Assembly (NCBI RefSeq): GCF_028368995.1
Contig: NZ_JAQNDL010000001.1
Location: forward strand, 1,632,001-1,696,000
Source of the DNA: Nannocystis bainbridge
GTDB taxonomy: Bacteria; Myxococcota_A; Polyangia; Nannocystales; Nannocystaceae
Reading direction: 5' to 3'
Length of the DNA stretch: 64,000 nucleotides
Shown: in pieces, positions 28,140-37,111 of the stretch
Layout: every line of letters begins with the position of its first letter
Numbering within the stretch: the stretch's first letter is position 1
Made by a program: the position numbers and the translations under genes
The notes under the pieces: model-generated
The model's input: the letters and a program-made list of their open reading frames with translations, nothing else
What the model was told of the DNA's origin: nothing
Database searches by the model: none

Positions 28140-30347
28140 TCACCCGGTCGTCTCGGCCGAGGCCGCGACGACCTGTGCGCGTGCGTACTCGAGCACCATT
28201 GCGTTGTCGGTGCGCAGCGCCCACTCCGCGGCGAGCACCGGAGTCGCCGCCCAGCGCTCCGCGGCGTGATCGACCAGGCGCGGCCATGTCGCCCCGCCCG
28301 CCCGCACGAAGCGCTCGACCAACTGCTCGAGCGCCGGCCGCCCGAAGCAGCCGAGGAACATCGCCAGGTCGACCGAGGGATCGGTCACCCGCGCCTCCGT
28401 CCAGTCGAGGATCCCGACCACGCTCCCGTCTGTCTCGAGGAGCATGTGCCCCGGGTGCAGGTCCCCGTGCACCAGCGCGACGTGCTGCGGCCACATCGTA
28501 TCGTCGGCGAGCCAGCGCTGCCAGCGCTGCCACACCGCCTCCGAGGGCTGCAGCGCCTCGCGGGTCGCGTCCATCGACCGCGACAGCGCCGCGCGCACCT
28601 CTGCGATCGTCGTCGTCGGCGCGCCCGCGCGGCTCGCCGTCTCCGGCGCGATCGACTGCAACGCCGCCAGCGCCCGCGCGAACGACTCGAGGAACGCCTC
28701 GCAGGGCGCCGCTGGATCGAGGATGTTCCACCGCGGGCCCTCCGGCGTCACCGTCACTGCCGGCGTACCGGAGAGCCGCGGGTACGCGATCACGTCGGGT
28801 GCGTGCACCCGCCAGTCGGGCGCGGCCACCGGCAGGCGCGGGCGCACCAGCCGGAGCACCCGCGCCTCCACGTAGGTCGACGCCGTCACCTCGAGGCGAC
28901 GCGGCGTCCGCACGATCCACGGCGTGCCCGCCTCGTCGCGCGCGTGCACGACCAGGAAATCGAGCCCCATGCGATCGAAGTCGGCGTCCTCGGCCTGCAG
29001 CTCGAGCCCGTGCCGGCGGACGACCGCCAGCAGCTCCGACGGGCTGGTGATCGGCCGCACCGTCGACAGCAGGCCGCGCCAGCGCTCGAGCGCAGCCGGC
29101 TGCGCGCGCACCCGAAGCAGCGTCCCGGCCTCGGTGTAATTCTCCGCGAGCACGCGGGCGTGCGCGCGCACCTCCCCGAGCAGATGCCCGTCCGTGAAGG
29201 GCACCTCGAGCACATCGTCGACCTGTGTCGCGTCGAACGCCTCGATCAGCGCCGCGCGCAGGCGTGCGACGTCCGCGGGGTCGTGCGCGCAGACCTGCAG
29301 CGCCGCCGGCAGCTCCTCGGCCAGCGCCGCGCGCGTCGCCGCGTCGACCCGGTCGATCTTGTTGAAGATCACCAGCGAGGGCACCGCCGCCGCGCCGATC
29401 GTCGCCAGCGCCTCGCGGGTCACCGCGAGCTGCGTGCGCCACTGCAGATCCGACGCATCGACGACGACGAGCAGGAGCCCCGCGTCGCGCGCCTCGGCGA
29501 GGGTCGCGTGGAACGACGCGACCAGCTCGTGCGGCAATTCGCGGATGAAGCCGACCGTGTCCGACACCAGGATCCGCGGCGCCGTCTCCGGCGAGAGCGC
29601 CCGCACCGTGGTGTCGAGGGTCGCGAAGAGCCGGTCCTCGACCAGCACTTCACTCCCGGTCAGCGCGCGCATCAGCGACGACTTGCCAGCGTTGGTGTAG
29701 CCGACCAGCGCCGCGCGAGGCTGATCCTTGCGGCGCGCCCGCTGCGTCTCCTCGGCGGCGCGCAGGCCCGCGAGCTCGCGGCGCAGCCCGGCGATCCGTT
29801 CACGGAGCTCTCGCTTCTTCAGGGTCACGTTGCTGTGACCGCGCTCGCCCCGGCCGCCGCCGCCGCCCTCGCGCCCGCCGAGCGACCTGTCCTCGCGGAC
29901 ACGCGGGAGCGCGTGCGTGAGCGCGGCGATCTCGACCTCGAGCTGCGCGACCCGGGTCCGCGCGTGTCGCTCGAAGATCCGGAGGATCACGCTCGCGCGG
30001 TCGATCACCTCGACGCCCGCGAGCGCCTCCTCGAGGGCGCGGAGCTGGACGGGGCTGCGCGAGTCGCTGACGACGAGGAGGAGCTGCTCCTCCTCGGCGT
30101 CACCGCGGACCTCGGCGACGCGCGCCGCGAGCTCCGCGAGCTTGCCCTCGCCGATCGACGGATCGGCGGTCCGGTGGCGCTGGATCACCGAGGCGACGAC
30201 GCGGATCCCGAGCTGGGCGAGCAGGTTCTCGAGCTCGCTCATGGCCGCCTGCAAGGACGCTTCGGTGTCGCCGGGGAACTGCCGGCCGAGCACGACGGCC
30301 CGCGGCGTGGGGCGCACGGTGGATGGATGCCTGGAATGTTTGGTCAT
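28140..30347 (-). CDS. hflX-mph: HflX GTPase fused to macrolide 2'-phosphotransferase (Mph)
   Basis: N-terminal ~430 aa: IDRASVILRIFERHART, GYTNAGKS, FATLDT, DTVGFI, NKID. C-terminal ~300 aa: RHGL, MGLDF, WIVRTPRR, WQRWL, HGDLHPGH, ILDWTEARVTDP. AGGAG SD. Confidence 0.9.
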   Translation of the reverse strand: MTKHSRHPSTVRPTPRAVVLGRQFPGDTEASLQAAMSELENLLAQLGIRVVASVIQRHRTADPSIGEGKLAELAARVAEVRGDAEEEQLLLVVSDSRSPVQLRALEEALAGVEVIDRASVILRIFERHARTRVAQLEVEIAALTHALPRVREDRSLGGREGGGGGRGERGHSNVTLKKRELRERIAGLRRELAGLRAAEETQRARRKDQPRAALVGYTNAGKSSLMRALTGSEVLVEDRLFATLDTTVRALSPETAPRILVSDTVGFIRELPHELVASFHATLAEARDAGLLLVVVDASDLQWRTQLAVTREALATIGAAAVPSLVIFNKIDRVDAATRAALAEELPAALQVCAHDPADVARLRAALIEAFDATQVDDVLEVPFTDGHLLGEVRAHARVLAENYTEAGTLLRVRAQPAALERWRGLLSTVRPITSPSELLAVVRRHGLELQAEDADFDRMGLDFLVVHARDEAGTPWIVRTPRRLEVTASTYVEARVLRLVRPRLPVAAPDWRVHAPDVIAYPRLSGTPAVTVTPEGPRWNILDPAAPCEAFLESFARALAALQSIAPETASRAGAPTTTIAEVRAALSRSMDATREALQPSEAVWQRWQRWLADDTMWPQHVALVHGDLHPGHMLLETDGSVVGILDWTEARVTDPSVDLAMFLGCFGRPALEQLVERFVRAGGATWPRLVDHAAERWAATPVLAAEWALRTDNAMVLEYARAQVVAASAETTG

Positions 30348-30524
30348 ACGAAGGACTCCTGCGCTCGCGGCCCGTAGGCCCGAGCGAGCTGGGAAGCCCG
30401 TGCGCGCGGCTCATGTGCCCGGCGCGGCGAGACGACGTCTCGACGCGACTGCTTCTTCCGGCGGCATGAGACGCCGCGCCCGGGCATTCCGTGGGACTGA
30501 AAGGACGGAGATGCGGGCACGACG

Positions 30525-30595
30525 CCGCAGCACTCGCACTCGCACCGTGCGCGCCGGATCTGCCGGAACACGCGGTCTGCGAGCGGGTACTGCGG
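30525..30595 (-). promoter_or_regulatory. Long leader hairpin (putative attenuator)
   Basis: On the minus strand ccgcagtac..ctcgca..accg pairs with cggt..tgcgag..gtgctgcgg, starting 3 nt after the leader ORF stop. Confidence 0.6.
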
Positions 30596-30598
30596 AGC

Positions 30599-30625
30599 TC
30601 AGCGCAGGCGGATGAAGAAAACCAT
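30599..30625 (-). CDS. Putative macrolide-sensing leader peptide MVFFIRLR
   Basis: ATG GTT TTC TTC ATC CGC CTG CGC TGA about 250 nt upstream of hflX-mph; ends in the RLR arrest motif. Confidence 0.7.
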   Translation of the reverse strand: MVFFIRLR

Positions 30626-30634
30626 GTCGCGGCC

Positions 30635-30664
30635 AGAATGCCACCACTCGCCCCCGCCGCGCAA
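30635..30664 (-). promoter_or_regulatory. sigma70-like promoter for the leader/hflX-mph transcript
   Basis: TTGCGC-18nt-CATTCT with TGn extension, 9 nt before the leader ATG. Confidence 0.5.
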
Positions 30665-30743
30665 GCGCCTTGTGTCGTCCCCCTGTCCTTCGCGGCGAAA
30701 CACCGCGAACGCGCGGGCGGCCAGCGGGCCGAAGCAGAGAGCG

Positions 30744-31211
30744 TCACTCGATGTCGACTCGCAGGATCGTCGCCTGGCCGTCGCGCTCGATGGCGAAGCG
30801 GCTGGTGCCCGCGCTCCGCAGGTGCTCGAAGGCCGCCTCGACGTCGGCGACGTCGACCACGGGGGCGTCATCGACCGCCGTGAACAGGTCGCCGTTCTTG
30901 AGGCCGACGAGCCCTGGCAGGCTGCCCGCGCGCAGGCCGTAGACGAAGACGCCGCGAGGGACGCCGTCGTCGAGGAAGGGGATCAGCCGGGCCTGCTTTC
31001 GCACGGGCAGCGCGTTGACGGCGAGCGTGTCGACGAATCGTTGATCGAGGGTGCACCGGACGTCGCGGCAGCGCGCGAGCAGTGAGACATCGCCCATCTG
31101 GGCGGCGGCGTCAGCGGACGGATCGGCGCCGGAGATGAGGAAGAACAGCACGCCGGCGCAGGAGAGGCCGGCGCAGAACGAACCGAGAGCGGAGCGGAAG
31201 GAATTGCCCAT
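30744..31211 (-). CDS. Small GspC-type PDZ domain protein with N-terminal TM/signal
   Basis: ARLIPFLDDGVPRGVFVYGLRAGSLPGLVGLKNGDLFTAVD...IERDGQ. Confidence 0.75.
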   Translation of the reverse strand: MGNSFRSALGSFCAGLSCAGVLFFLISGADPSADAAAQMGDVSLLARCRDVRCTLDQRFVDTLAVNALPVRKQARLIPFLDDGVPRGVFVYGLRAGSLPGLVGLKNGDLFTAVDDAPVVDVADVEAAFEHLRSAGTSRFAIERDGQATILRVDIE

Positions 31212-31223
31212 GCGGCGAGGCTT

Positions 31224-31239
31224 AGCAATTCCGGTGCCA
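31224..31239 (-). promoter_or_regulatory. sigma54 -24/-12 promoter
   Basis: TGGCAC-CGGAA-TTGCT on the minus strand, 12 nt before the ATG. Confidence 0.75.
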
Positions 31240-31375
31240 CCATCACGCAGGCCCATCTGCCGAGCGAATCGCCTGCAGACGCCGTGAGAAGTCGACATTT
31301 TGTCATGCGCACGCCGTCGCCCGCGACGAAGCGAGCTCGACGCCCCGCCGGCGAGCCGGCGGAGAGAGTCTTTCA

Positions 31376-31399
31376 GGACATGTCCCGAAGAACATGCCC
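31376..31399. repeat. 14-bp-period CATG element (2 units)
   Basis: ggacatgtcccgaagaacatgccc; CATG at 31379 and 31393. Confidence 0.75.
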
Positions 31400-31423
31400 C
31401 GAGAGCCACCCGGCGAGCACGAT

Positions 31424-33142
31424 TCACTGCGCCGCGGCGGCGAAGCGCACCGCCACCAGGCTGTGCGGCGGCAGCGTCAATTGCACGCGCTCGCCGTCCT
31501 GCACGAACGGGGCCGGCTCGACGGCGACCGGCTGGTACATCGTATTGTGCTCGGCCGACGGCGGGGCCCACTGGCTGGCGGCGGTCGCGGTCCAGCCGGG
31601 CGGGAGGTCGACGGTGAACGTGTGGCTCTGCTGGAGGTCGCGGTGGAGGGCGACCAGGCTGCCGGTCTCGCTGGCGGGGTCGACGAAGGCGGCGGCGTGG
31701 ACCAGCGGGACCTTGATCGTCTCGTCTGGTCCGAAGGACATGTCCCTCTCGACCTGCTTGGTGAACTCGAGCGGGGCGGCGCGCTCGAGCAGGTGCTCGC
31801 CGACGAGGCGGGTGGCGACATAGCTGGCCATCGGCGCGGCGGTGGCCTCGGGGCCGGCGCGGAACGGGTTGTACCAGGGCTCGAGCAGCGGGTCGCGGTC
31901 CGGGCGCTCGAGGCTCTCGAACTCGAGGGCGGCTTGCTGGCAGGCCGCCTCGACGCCGAGCTGGGCGTAGAGCAGCAACATGCCGGCGACGCCGAGGCCG
32001 ACGGCCGCCTGCTGCCCGCGCGTGAACTCGCCGCGCGAGGCCGTGCCAGCCACGTGGTATTCGGTGACGACCAGCTCGAGCCCGGGCCGCACGCCGTCGA
32101 GGGCCGCCCGCGCGCGCGCGAAGCCGGGGCGGAACGCCTCGGCGCCGGCCAGCGTGAAGAACAGATCGCCGGGCCCGGACCAGCCGAGAGTGCGCGCGTC
32201 GTCGAGGAGGTAGTGATGGACGACGGCCCCGGCGACCGATGGATCGCGCAAGAGCGGCGCGAGGCCCTCGACGGCCGCCTCGACGCCGCCCCACCCGTCC
32301 ATCGACGCCTGCGCGAGCGGGACCCAGAAGCGCGCCTCGGGCTCGACGGCCTTGACCGCGGCCACGTATTCGAGCGCGCGCGCGGCGTAGTCGGCCGCCG
32401 CGGCGCTCGGCTTGCCGGCCCACGCCGGATCGCCGCCGTGCTTGGCCTCGGGGTTGGCGTACGCATAGTCGCCGTCCGCGGAATGGCCGGTGTTCCACGG
32501 GCCGTAGCTCTCGCTGCCGAGCTCGAACAGGGTCTGCCGATACGGCTGGTCCTGACCCCAGTGCAGGCGCGCGGCGACGTTGATGTCGTCGGCGTCGGCG
32601 CCGTTGAGGTGGGCGACGTAGGCCGCGGCCTCGGCGGCCGTACCTGACCCAAAGTTCAGGGTCACGATCGGCGCGGCGTCGGCGTCCTGCATCAGCGCGA
32701 AGTACTCGAAGGTGGCCATGGCGTCGCCGGGCGCCGCGGCGCGGCCGGGCTCGACCCACTTGTAAAAGTGGTAGCCGTCGCCGCCGCGGGCGCCGTCGAT
32801 CGGCAGGCCGGCGAAGCGCATCCACGGCGCGCGCCCGTGGCCCGGCCGCGCCTCCGCCAGCGCCTGCGCGGCCGCGACCTTGACCGGCGTGCGCCATTCG
32901 GGGTGCAGCGGGTCGTTCTCGGGCGCGTAGCGGGTGCCAGGGCCGAGGTTCCAGCCGACCAGGTCGCCGACGGGCTCGCCCGGCCGCGTGAAGTCGAGGT
33001 TGGCGTGCACGTCGCCGGTCATCACGGGGGCGTCGCCGGTCGACGTGCTGAGCACGCCGAAGGTGGTCACGGGCGGCGCGATCGAGTTGCACGCGAGCAG
33101 CCACAGCCCGGGGACCAGCGACGCCGCACCACGCACCTGCAT
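31424..33142 (-). CDS. GH-A clan glycoside hydrolase lipoprotein (GH51 arabinofuranosidase-like)
   Basis: LNFGSGTAAEAAAYVAHLN, ELGSESYGPW, VTEY, C-terminal TLPPHSL. Confidence 0.75.
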   Translation of the reverse strand: MQVRGAASLVPGLWLLACNSIAPPVTTFGVLSTSTGDAPVMTGDVHANLDFTRPGEPVGDLVGWNLGPGTRYAPENDPLHPEWRTPVKVAAAQALAEARPGHGRAPWMRFAGLPIDGARGGDGYHFYKWVEPGRAAAPGDAMATFEYFALMQDADAAPIVTLNFGSGTAAEAAAYVAHLNGADADDINVAARLHWGQDQPYRQTLFELGSESYGPWNTGHSADGDYAYANPEAKHGGDPAWAGKPSAAAADYAARALEYVAAVKAVEPEARFWVPLAQASMDGWGGVEAAVEGLAPLLRDPSVAGAVVHHYLLDDARTLGWSGPGDLFFTLAGAEAFRPGFARARAALDGVRPGLELVVTEYHVAGTASRGEFTRGQQAAVGLGVAGMLLLYAQLGVEAACQQAALEFESLERPDRDPLLEPWYNPFRAGPEATAAPMASYVATRLVGEHLLERAAPLEFTKQVERDMSFGPDETIKVPLVHAAAFVDPASETGSLVALHRDLQQSHTFTVDLPPGWTATAASQWAPPSAEHNTMYQPVAVEPAPFVQDGERVQLTLPPHSLVAVRFAAAAQ

Positions 33143-33247
33143 CGACCGTCGATACCACGATCAGGGATCGCCGTAGAAGCGCTTTCGCACGGCTCCGCGC
33201 GGCCGCGGCGTCTCTCTGTCCCGGAAGTCATGTGGTATCGGGGGCCC

Positions 33248-35116
33248 ATGCTGCCTCGCCCGCCCCGCACGGTCCTCACATTCGCGGCCCTGGCCCTGCT
33301 GGGTTGTCCGCGGCCGCCGGCGAGCGAGGCGCCGGCGCGGACCTCCCCGCCGATCGCGGCGGAGCTGGTGATCCGCGACGTCCGGCTGTTCGACGGCGAA
33401 ACGGTGGTCGCCCGCACGTCGGTCGCGGTCCAGCGCGGCACCATCGTCGCGGTCGGGCCCGACCTCGTGGTCGCCGACGGGGCGGTCGTGATCGACGGCG
33501 CCGGCCGGACCCTGCTGCCGGGCCTCATCGACGCGCACACGCACATTCAGTCGGGCGACCAGCTGCGCCAGGCGCTGGTGTTCGGGGTGACCACCGAGCT
33601 CGACATGTTCACCCTGCCGGCGGTGACCGGGCCGCTGCGCAAGGCCGTCGCCGGGGCCGGTGGGCGCGCCATGGCCGACTTTCGCAGCGCCGGGATCCTC
33701 GCCACCGCGCCGGGCGGGCACGGCACCGAGTACGGCTTCGCCATCCCGACCCTCACCGGCCCCGACCAGGCCCCCGCGTTCGTCGCGGCCCGCCTGTCCG
33801 AAGGGTCCGATTACCTCAAGATCGTGCTCGACGACGGCTCCGGCTTCGGCCGCACGAGCCCCACCCTCGCCGTCGACACCGTCCGGGCCCTCGTCGCCGC
33901 CGCGCGCTCGCAAGGCCTGACGACGCTGGTCCACGTCAGCAGCCAGCGCGAGGCCACCGCGGCGATCGAGGCCGGCGCCGACGGCCTGGCTCACGTGTTC
34001 GTCGACGCCCCCGCGACCGACGCGTTCGTGGCCCTGGCCCGCGACAAGCGGGTGTTCGTGACCGACACGCTGGCGGTGATCATGGGGCTGTGCGAGCGCG
34101 ACCACGGCAAGGCGCTGGCCGCCGATCCGGAGCTGGCGCCGTTCCTCGGGCCGGGCGAAGAGCGGGCGCTGAAGACCGGCTGGCCGGTCACCGTGCCGGC
34201 GGCGACGTGCGAGGCGGCGCTGGCGAGCGTCGGCGCCCTGCACCGCGCGGGCGTGCCGCTGCTCGCCAGCACCGACGCGCCCAACCCCGGCACCGTGCAC
34301 GGCGCCTCGCTTCACGACGAGCTGGCGCTGCTGGTGCGCGCCGGCCTGCCGGCGACCGCGGCGCTGGCGGCGGCCACGTCTGTCCCGGCGGACAGCTTCA
34401 AGGCGATCCTCGGCGATCGCGGCCGCGTGGCCGTGGGCAAGCGCGCCGACCTGCTGCTGGTGCGCGGCGACCCGACGGTCGACATCACGAGCACGCGGGC
34501 GATCGAGGCGGTGTGGAAGGCCGGGCAGCGGCTCGACCGCGACAGCTACCGCCGGGCCGTGGCCGAGGAGCGGGCGGCCGTCGAGGCCCAGCGCTCCGCC
34601 GCGCCGCCGCCCGGCGCGGAGTCGGGCAAGATCGCCGCGTTCGAGGCCGGCAAGCTGGCGGCGGAGTTCGGCGCCGGCTGGCAGCCCGGCACCGACGCGC
34701 TGATCGGCGGCGCCTCGACGGTCGAGCTCGGGCTCGCCAAGAAGGGCGCGCGCAAGAGCAAGGGCGCGCTGCGCATGACCGGCAGCGTGGTCGAGGCCGA
34801 GCGGCCGAAGTGGGCCGGGGCGATGTTCTTCCCCGGCGACGAGCCGATGCAGCCGGCCAACCTGCGCAAGTTCACCCGCCTGGTGTTCGCCGCCCGCGGC
34901 GACGCGCCGGGCGCGATGACGGTGATGCTGTTCGCGACCCAGTTCGGCATCGCCCCGGTGCGCAAGGAGCTCGCCGTCAGCCGCGAGTGGAGCGAGTTCT
35001 CGGTCGATTTCGCCGCGCTCGGCCTGACCGAGGCCCACGACCTGACCGGCCTGTTCTTCGGCGCGACCCAGGCCGGCGCGTTCGCGCTCGAGCTCGACGA
35101 CGTCCGGCTCGAGTAG
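33248..35116 (+). CDS. Amidohydrolase lipoprotein with C-terminal CIA30/CBM11-like domain
   Basis: LLPGLIDAHTH, LKI, TDAPNPG, GKRADLLLV; C-terminal beta-sandwich ending LELDDVRLE. Confidence 0.85.
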   Translation: MLPRPPRTVLTFAALALLGCPRPPASEAPARTSPPIAAELVIRDVRLFDGETVVARTSVAVQRGTIVAVGPDLVVADGAVVIDGAGRTLLPGLIDAHTHIQSGDQLRQALVFGVTTELDMFTLPAVTGPLRKAVAGAGGRAMADFRSAGILATAPGGHGTEYGFAIPTLTGPDQAPAFVAARLSEGSDYLKIVLDDGSGFGRTSPTLAVDTVRALVAAARSQGLTTLVHVSSQREATAAIEAGADGLAHVFVDAPATDAFVALARDKRVFVTDTLAVIMGLCERDHGKALAADPELAPFLGPGEERALKTGWPVTVPAATCEAALASVGALHRAGVPLLASTDAPNPGTVHGASLHDELALLVRAGLPATAALAAATSVPADSFKAILGDRGRVAVGKRADLLLVRGDPTVDITSTRAIEAVWKAGQRLDRDSYRRAVAEERAAVEAQRSAAPPPGAESGKIAAFEAGKLAAEFGAGWQPGTDALIGGASTVELGLAKKGARKSKGALRMTGSVVEAERPKWAGAMFFPGDEPMQPANLRKFTRLVFAARGDAPGAMTVMLFATQFGIAPVRKELAVSREWSEFSVDFAALGLTEAHDLTGLFFGATQAGAFALELDDVRLE

Positions 35117-35166
35117 CGCTGTCCCCGAGGACATGCTCCGCGGGACATGTCCTATCTGACATGTCC
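35115..35166. repeat. 14-bp-period CATG array (3 clear units plus degenerate flanks)
   Basis: CATG at 35132, 35146, 35160; gctgtcc at 35118. Confidence 0.85.
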
Positions 35167-35214
35167 CGAAGGCATCCTCGCGCCGTCGCGGGCGCTTGAC
35201 TCGCGCCCGCACGA

Positions 35215-35244
35215 CATTTAGACGTTAACCTAAACGTCCAAATG
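35215..35244. promoter_or_regulatory. AT-rich inverted repeat, putative ArsR operator (copy 1)
   Basis: catttagacgtt-aaccta-aacgtccaaatg (1 mismatch). Confidence 0.6.
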
Positions 35245-35265
35245 AACGCAAGCACGACCGGTGCT

Positions 35266-35547
35266 TCACAGCTCGGCCAGGCGGGCCAGGTAGGCTCGCC
35301 AGACGTCGCGCTGGAACACCACGTGGGCGAATTTGCCGTCGCGCACGATCTCGACCAGCCCGGCGGTCTCGAGCTCCTTGAGGTGGTGCGAGATCGTCGC
35401 CTGACTGACCGCGTGACACTCGACGATCGCGGCGCAGGGCATCTGCTGCGCGCGGTCGGCCGCCAGGTCTTGCAAGATCTTGAAGCGCCGCGGCTCGGCC
35501 AGGGCGCTCGAGATCCGCTGGACCTGCTTGTCCGTCAAGCGAGTCAT
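35266..35547 (-). CDS. ArsR/SmtB family regulator
   Basis: [11 protein letters not shown]...[19 protein letters not shown]. Confidence 0.9.
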   Translation of the reverse strand: MTRLTDKQVQRISSALAEPRRFKILQDLAADRAQQMPCAAIVECHAVSQATISHHLKELETAGLVEIVRDGKFAHVVFQRDVWRAYLARLAEL

Positions 35548-35682
35548 CGCCAGGGCAGCGTAACACGGGGACCGCCGCGACCCTAGCCCGGCGGGCGGCC
35601 GTGTGCGCGGTCACGGCGACACGGCGGTCCGGGCGCGCGGCGACGAAAAACAGCGACGGTGATTTGCGCCCGGCTCATTCGT

Positions 35683-35712
35683 CATTTAGATTTTCATCGA
35701 AACGTCGAACTG
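35683..35712 (+). promoter_or_regulatory. Putative ArsR operator (copy 2) upstream of the SDR gene
   Basis: catttagatttt-catcga-aacgtcgaactg aligns ungapped with copy 1. Confidence 0.6.
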
Positions 35713-35735
35713 ATAACACGACGGGGAGAGCGGAC

Positions 35736-36488
35736 ATGGTCGAGTCATTGAAGAACAAGGTCGCGGTCGTCACCGGGGCGTCCAAGGGCATCGGCGCGGG
35801 CATCGCTCGCGCGCTGGCGGGCGCTGGCGCGGCGGTGGTCGTCAACTACGCCGGCGACCGGGCGGGCGCCGAGCGGGTCGTCCGCGAGATCGTCGAGCGC
35901 GACGGCAAGGCCGTCGCGGTCCAGGCCGACGTGGCCAAGGCGGCGGACGTGCGGCGGCTGCTGGCCGAGGCCCGGCGTCAGTTCGGCCGGCTCGACATCC
36001 TCGTCAACAACGCCGGGGTGTTCCGCTTCGATCCGCTCGAGGCCGTCACCGAGGCCGAGTTCCACCGCGAGTTCGGCGTCAACGTGCTCGGGCCGCTGCT
36101 GGCCGTGCAAGAGGCGCTGAAGTACTTCGGGCCCGAGGGCGGCAGCGTGATCAACATCGGCTCCTCGGTGACGCGCCGGCCGGCCCCGCAGTCGGTCGTC
36201 TACACCGCCAGCAAGCACGCGCTCGACGGCATCACCCAGGCCCTCGCGGCCGAGCTCGGGCCGCGGAAGATCCGCGTCAACTCGATCAACCCCGGCCCGG
36301 TCGACACCGAGGGCGCGCGCACGCTCGCCGTGATCGGCAGCGAGTTCGAGCGCCAGATGGTCGCCGCCACCCCGCTCGGGCGCGTCGGCCAGCCGGACGA
36401 CATCGCCGCGGTGGCGCTGTTCCTGGCCTCGCCGGCGTCCGGGTGGCTGACCGGCGAGATCCTCACCGCCTCCGGCGGGCTGCGCTGA
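35736..36488 (+). CDS. Classical SDR oxidoreductase (glucose 1-dehydrogenase/FabG-like)
   Basis: [23 protein letters not shown]. Confidence 0.92.
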   Translation: MVESLKNKVAVVTGASKGIGAGIARALAGAGAAVVVNYAGDRAGAERVVREIVERDGKAVAVQADVAKAADVRRLLAEARRQFGRLDILVNNAGVFRFDPLEAVTEAEFHREFGVNVLGPLLAVQEALKYFGPEGGSVINIGSSVTRRPAPQSVVYTASKHALDGITQALAAELGPRKIRVNSINPGPVDTEGARTLAVIGSEFERQMVAATPLGRVGQPDDIAAVALFLASPASGWLTGEILTASGGLR

Positions 36489-36580
36489 CCGGCGGGTGGG
36501 CAGGCCCGCTCGCCGGGCTTCGATCTGGTGCCACGCCGGCCACGGCTGCGGTGGCGCGCGAATCGGCGTAGCATGATCGA

Positions 36581-37084
36581 ATGCATGGTTTGCGATGCGA
36601 CGCTCCGGGCTTCAGCCCCCCGATCTCGCGGTGCGGCGCGGCGCTGTTGGGGGCCCTGCTGGTGGCCAGCCAGGCCGGCTGCGAGAGCTGCTCCTTCAAC
36701 CACGGCGGCATCGAGCTCGAGGTCGCCGTGCAGCTCGTCGACGAGGCCGGCCAGCCGCTGACGGCCGCCGAGTTCGAGAAGCGGCGGGCCGCGGCGACGG
36801 TCACCACCTGCGTGCACGGTCGGGACGTCGAGCAGTGCGACACCGACCCCACGTATTACGCGACGCCGCACCCCGAGCCGGCGATCGCAACCTTTTACGT
36901 CGGGGTCGGCGGCGAGGCGTACGAGCCCTCGGCCGTGTCGCGCCGCTGTTACTTCCCGTCGCTGCGGGTCAAGGTCGAGATCCCCGGCTGCGACACCGGC
37001 GAGCACGAGGTCCCCGGCGCGCGCACCGACGGCTACGGCCCGATGCTCGTCGAGACGCTCAAGCTCACCTGCGGCGCGGCGTAG
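36581..37084 (+). CDS. Hypothetical Cys-containing secreted/lipoprotein
   Basis: Hydrophobic signal ending SQAGC. Confidence 0.55.
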   Translation: MHGLRCDAPGFSPPISRCGAALLGALLVASQAGCESCSFNHGGIELEVAVQLVDEAGQPLTAAEFEKRRAAATVTTCVHGRDVEQCDTDPTYYATPHPEPAIATFYVGVGGEAYEPSAVSRRCYFPSLRVKVEIPGCDTGEHEVPGARTDGYGPMLVETLKLTCGAA

Positions 37085-37106
37085 ACATGTGCCTCGGGAC
37101 ATGTCC
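37083..37106. repeat. 14-bp-period CATG element (2 units)
   Basis: agacatgtgcctcgggacatgtcc; CATG at 37086 and 37100; fills the 27-nt gap between convergent stops. Confidence 0.75.
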
Positions 37107-37111
37107 GGCGA

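Noticed and set aside
31736-31745. Single perfect GGACATGTCC inside the GH51-like CDS
   Set aside because: Isolated, has no 14-bp partner, and is explained by Asp-Met-Ser codons.
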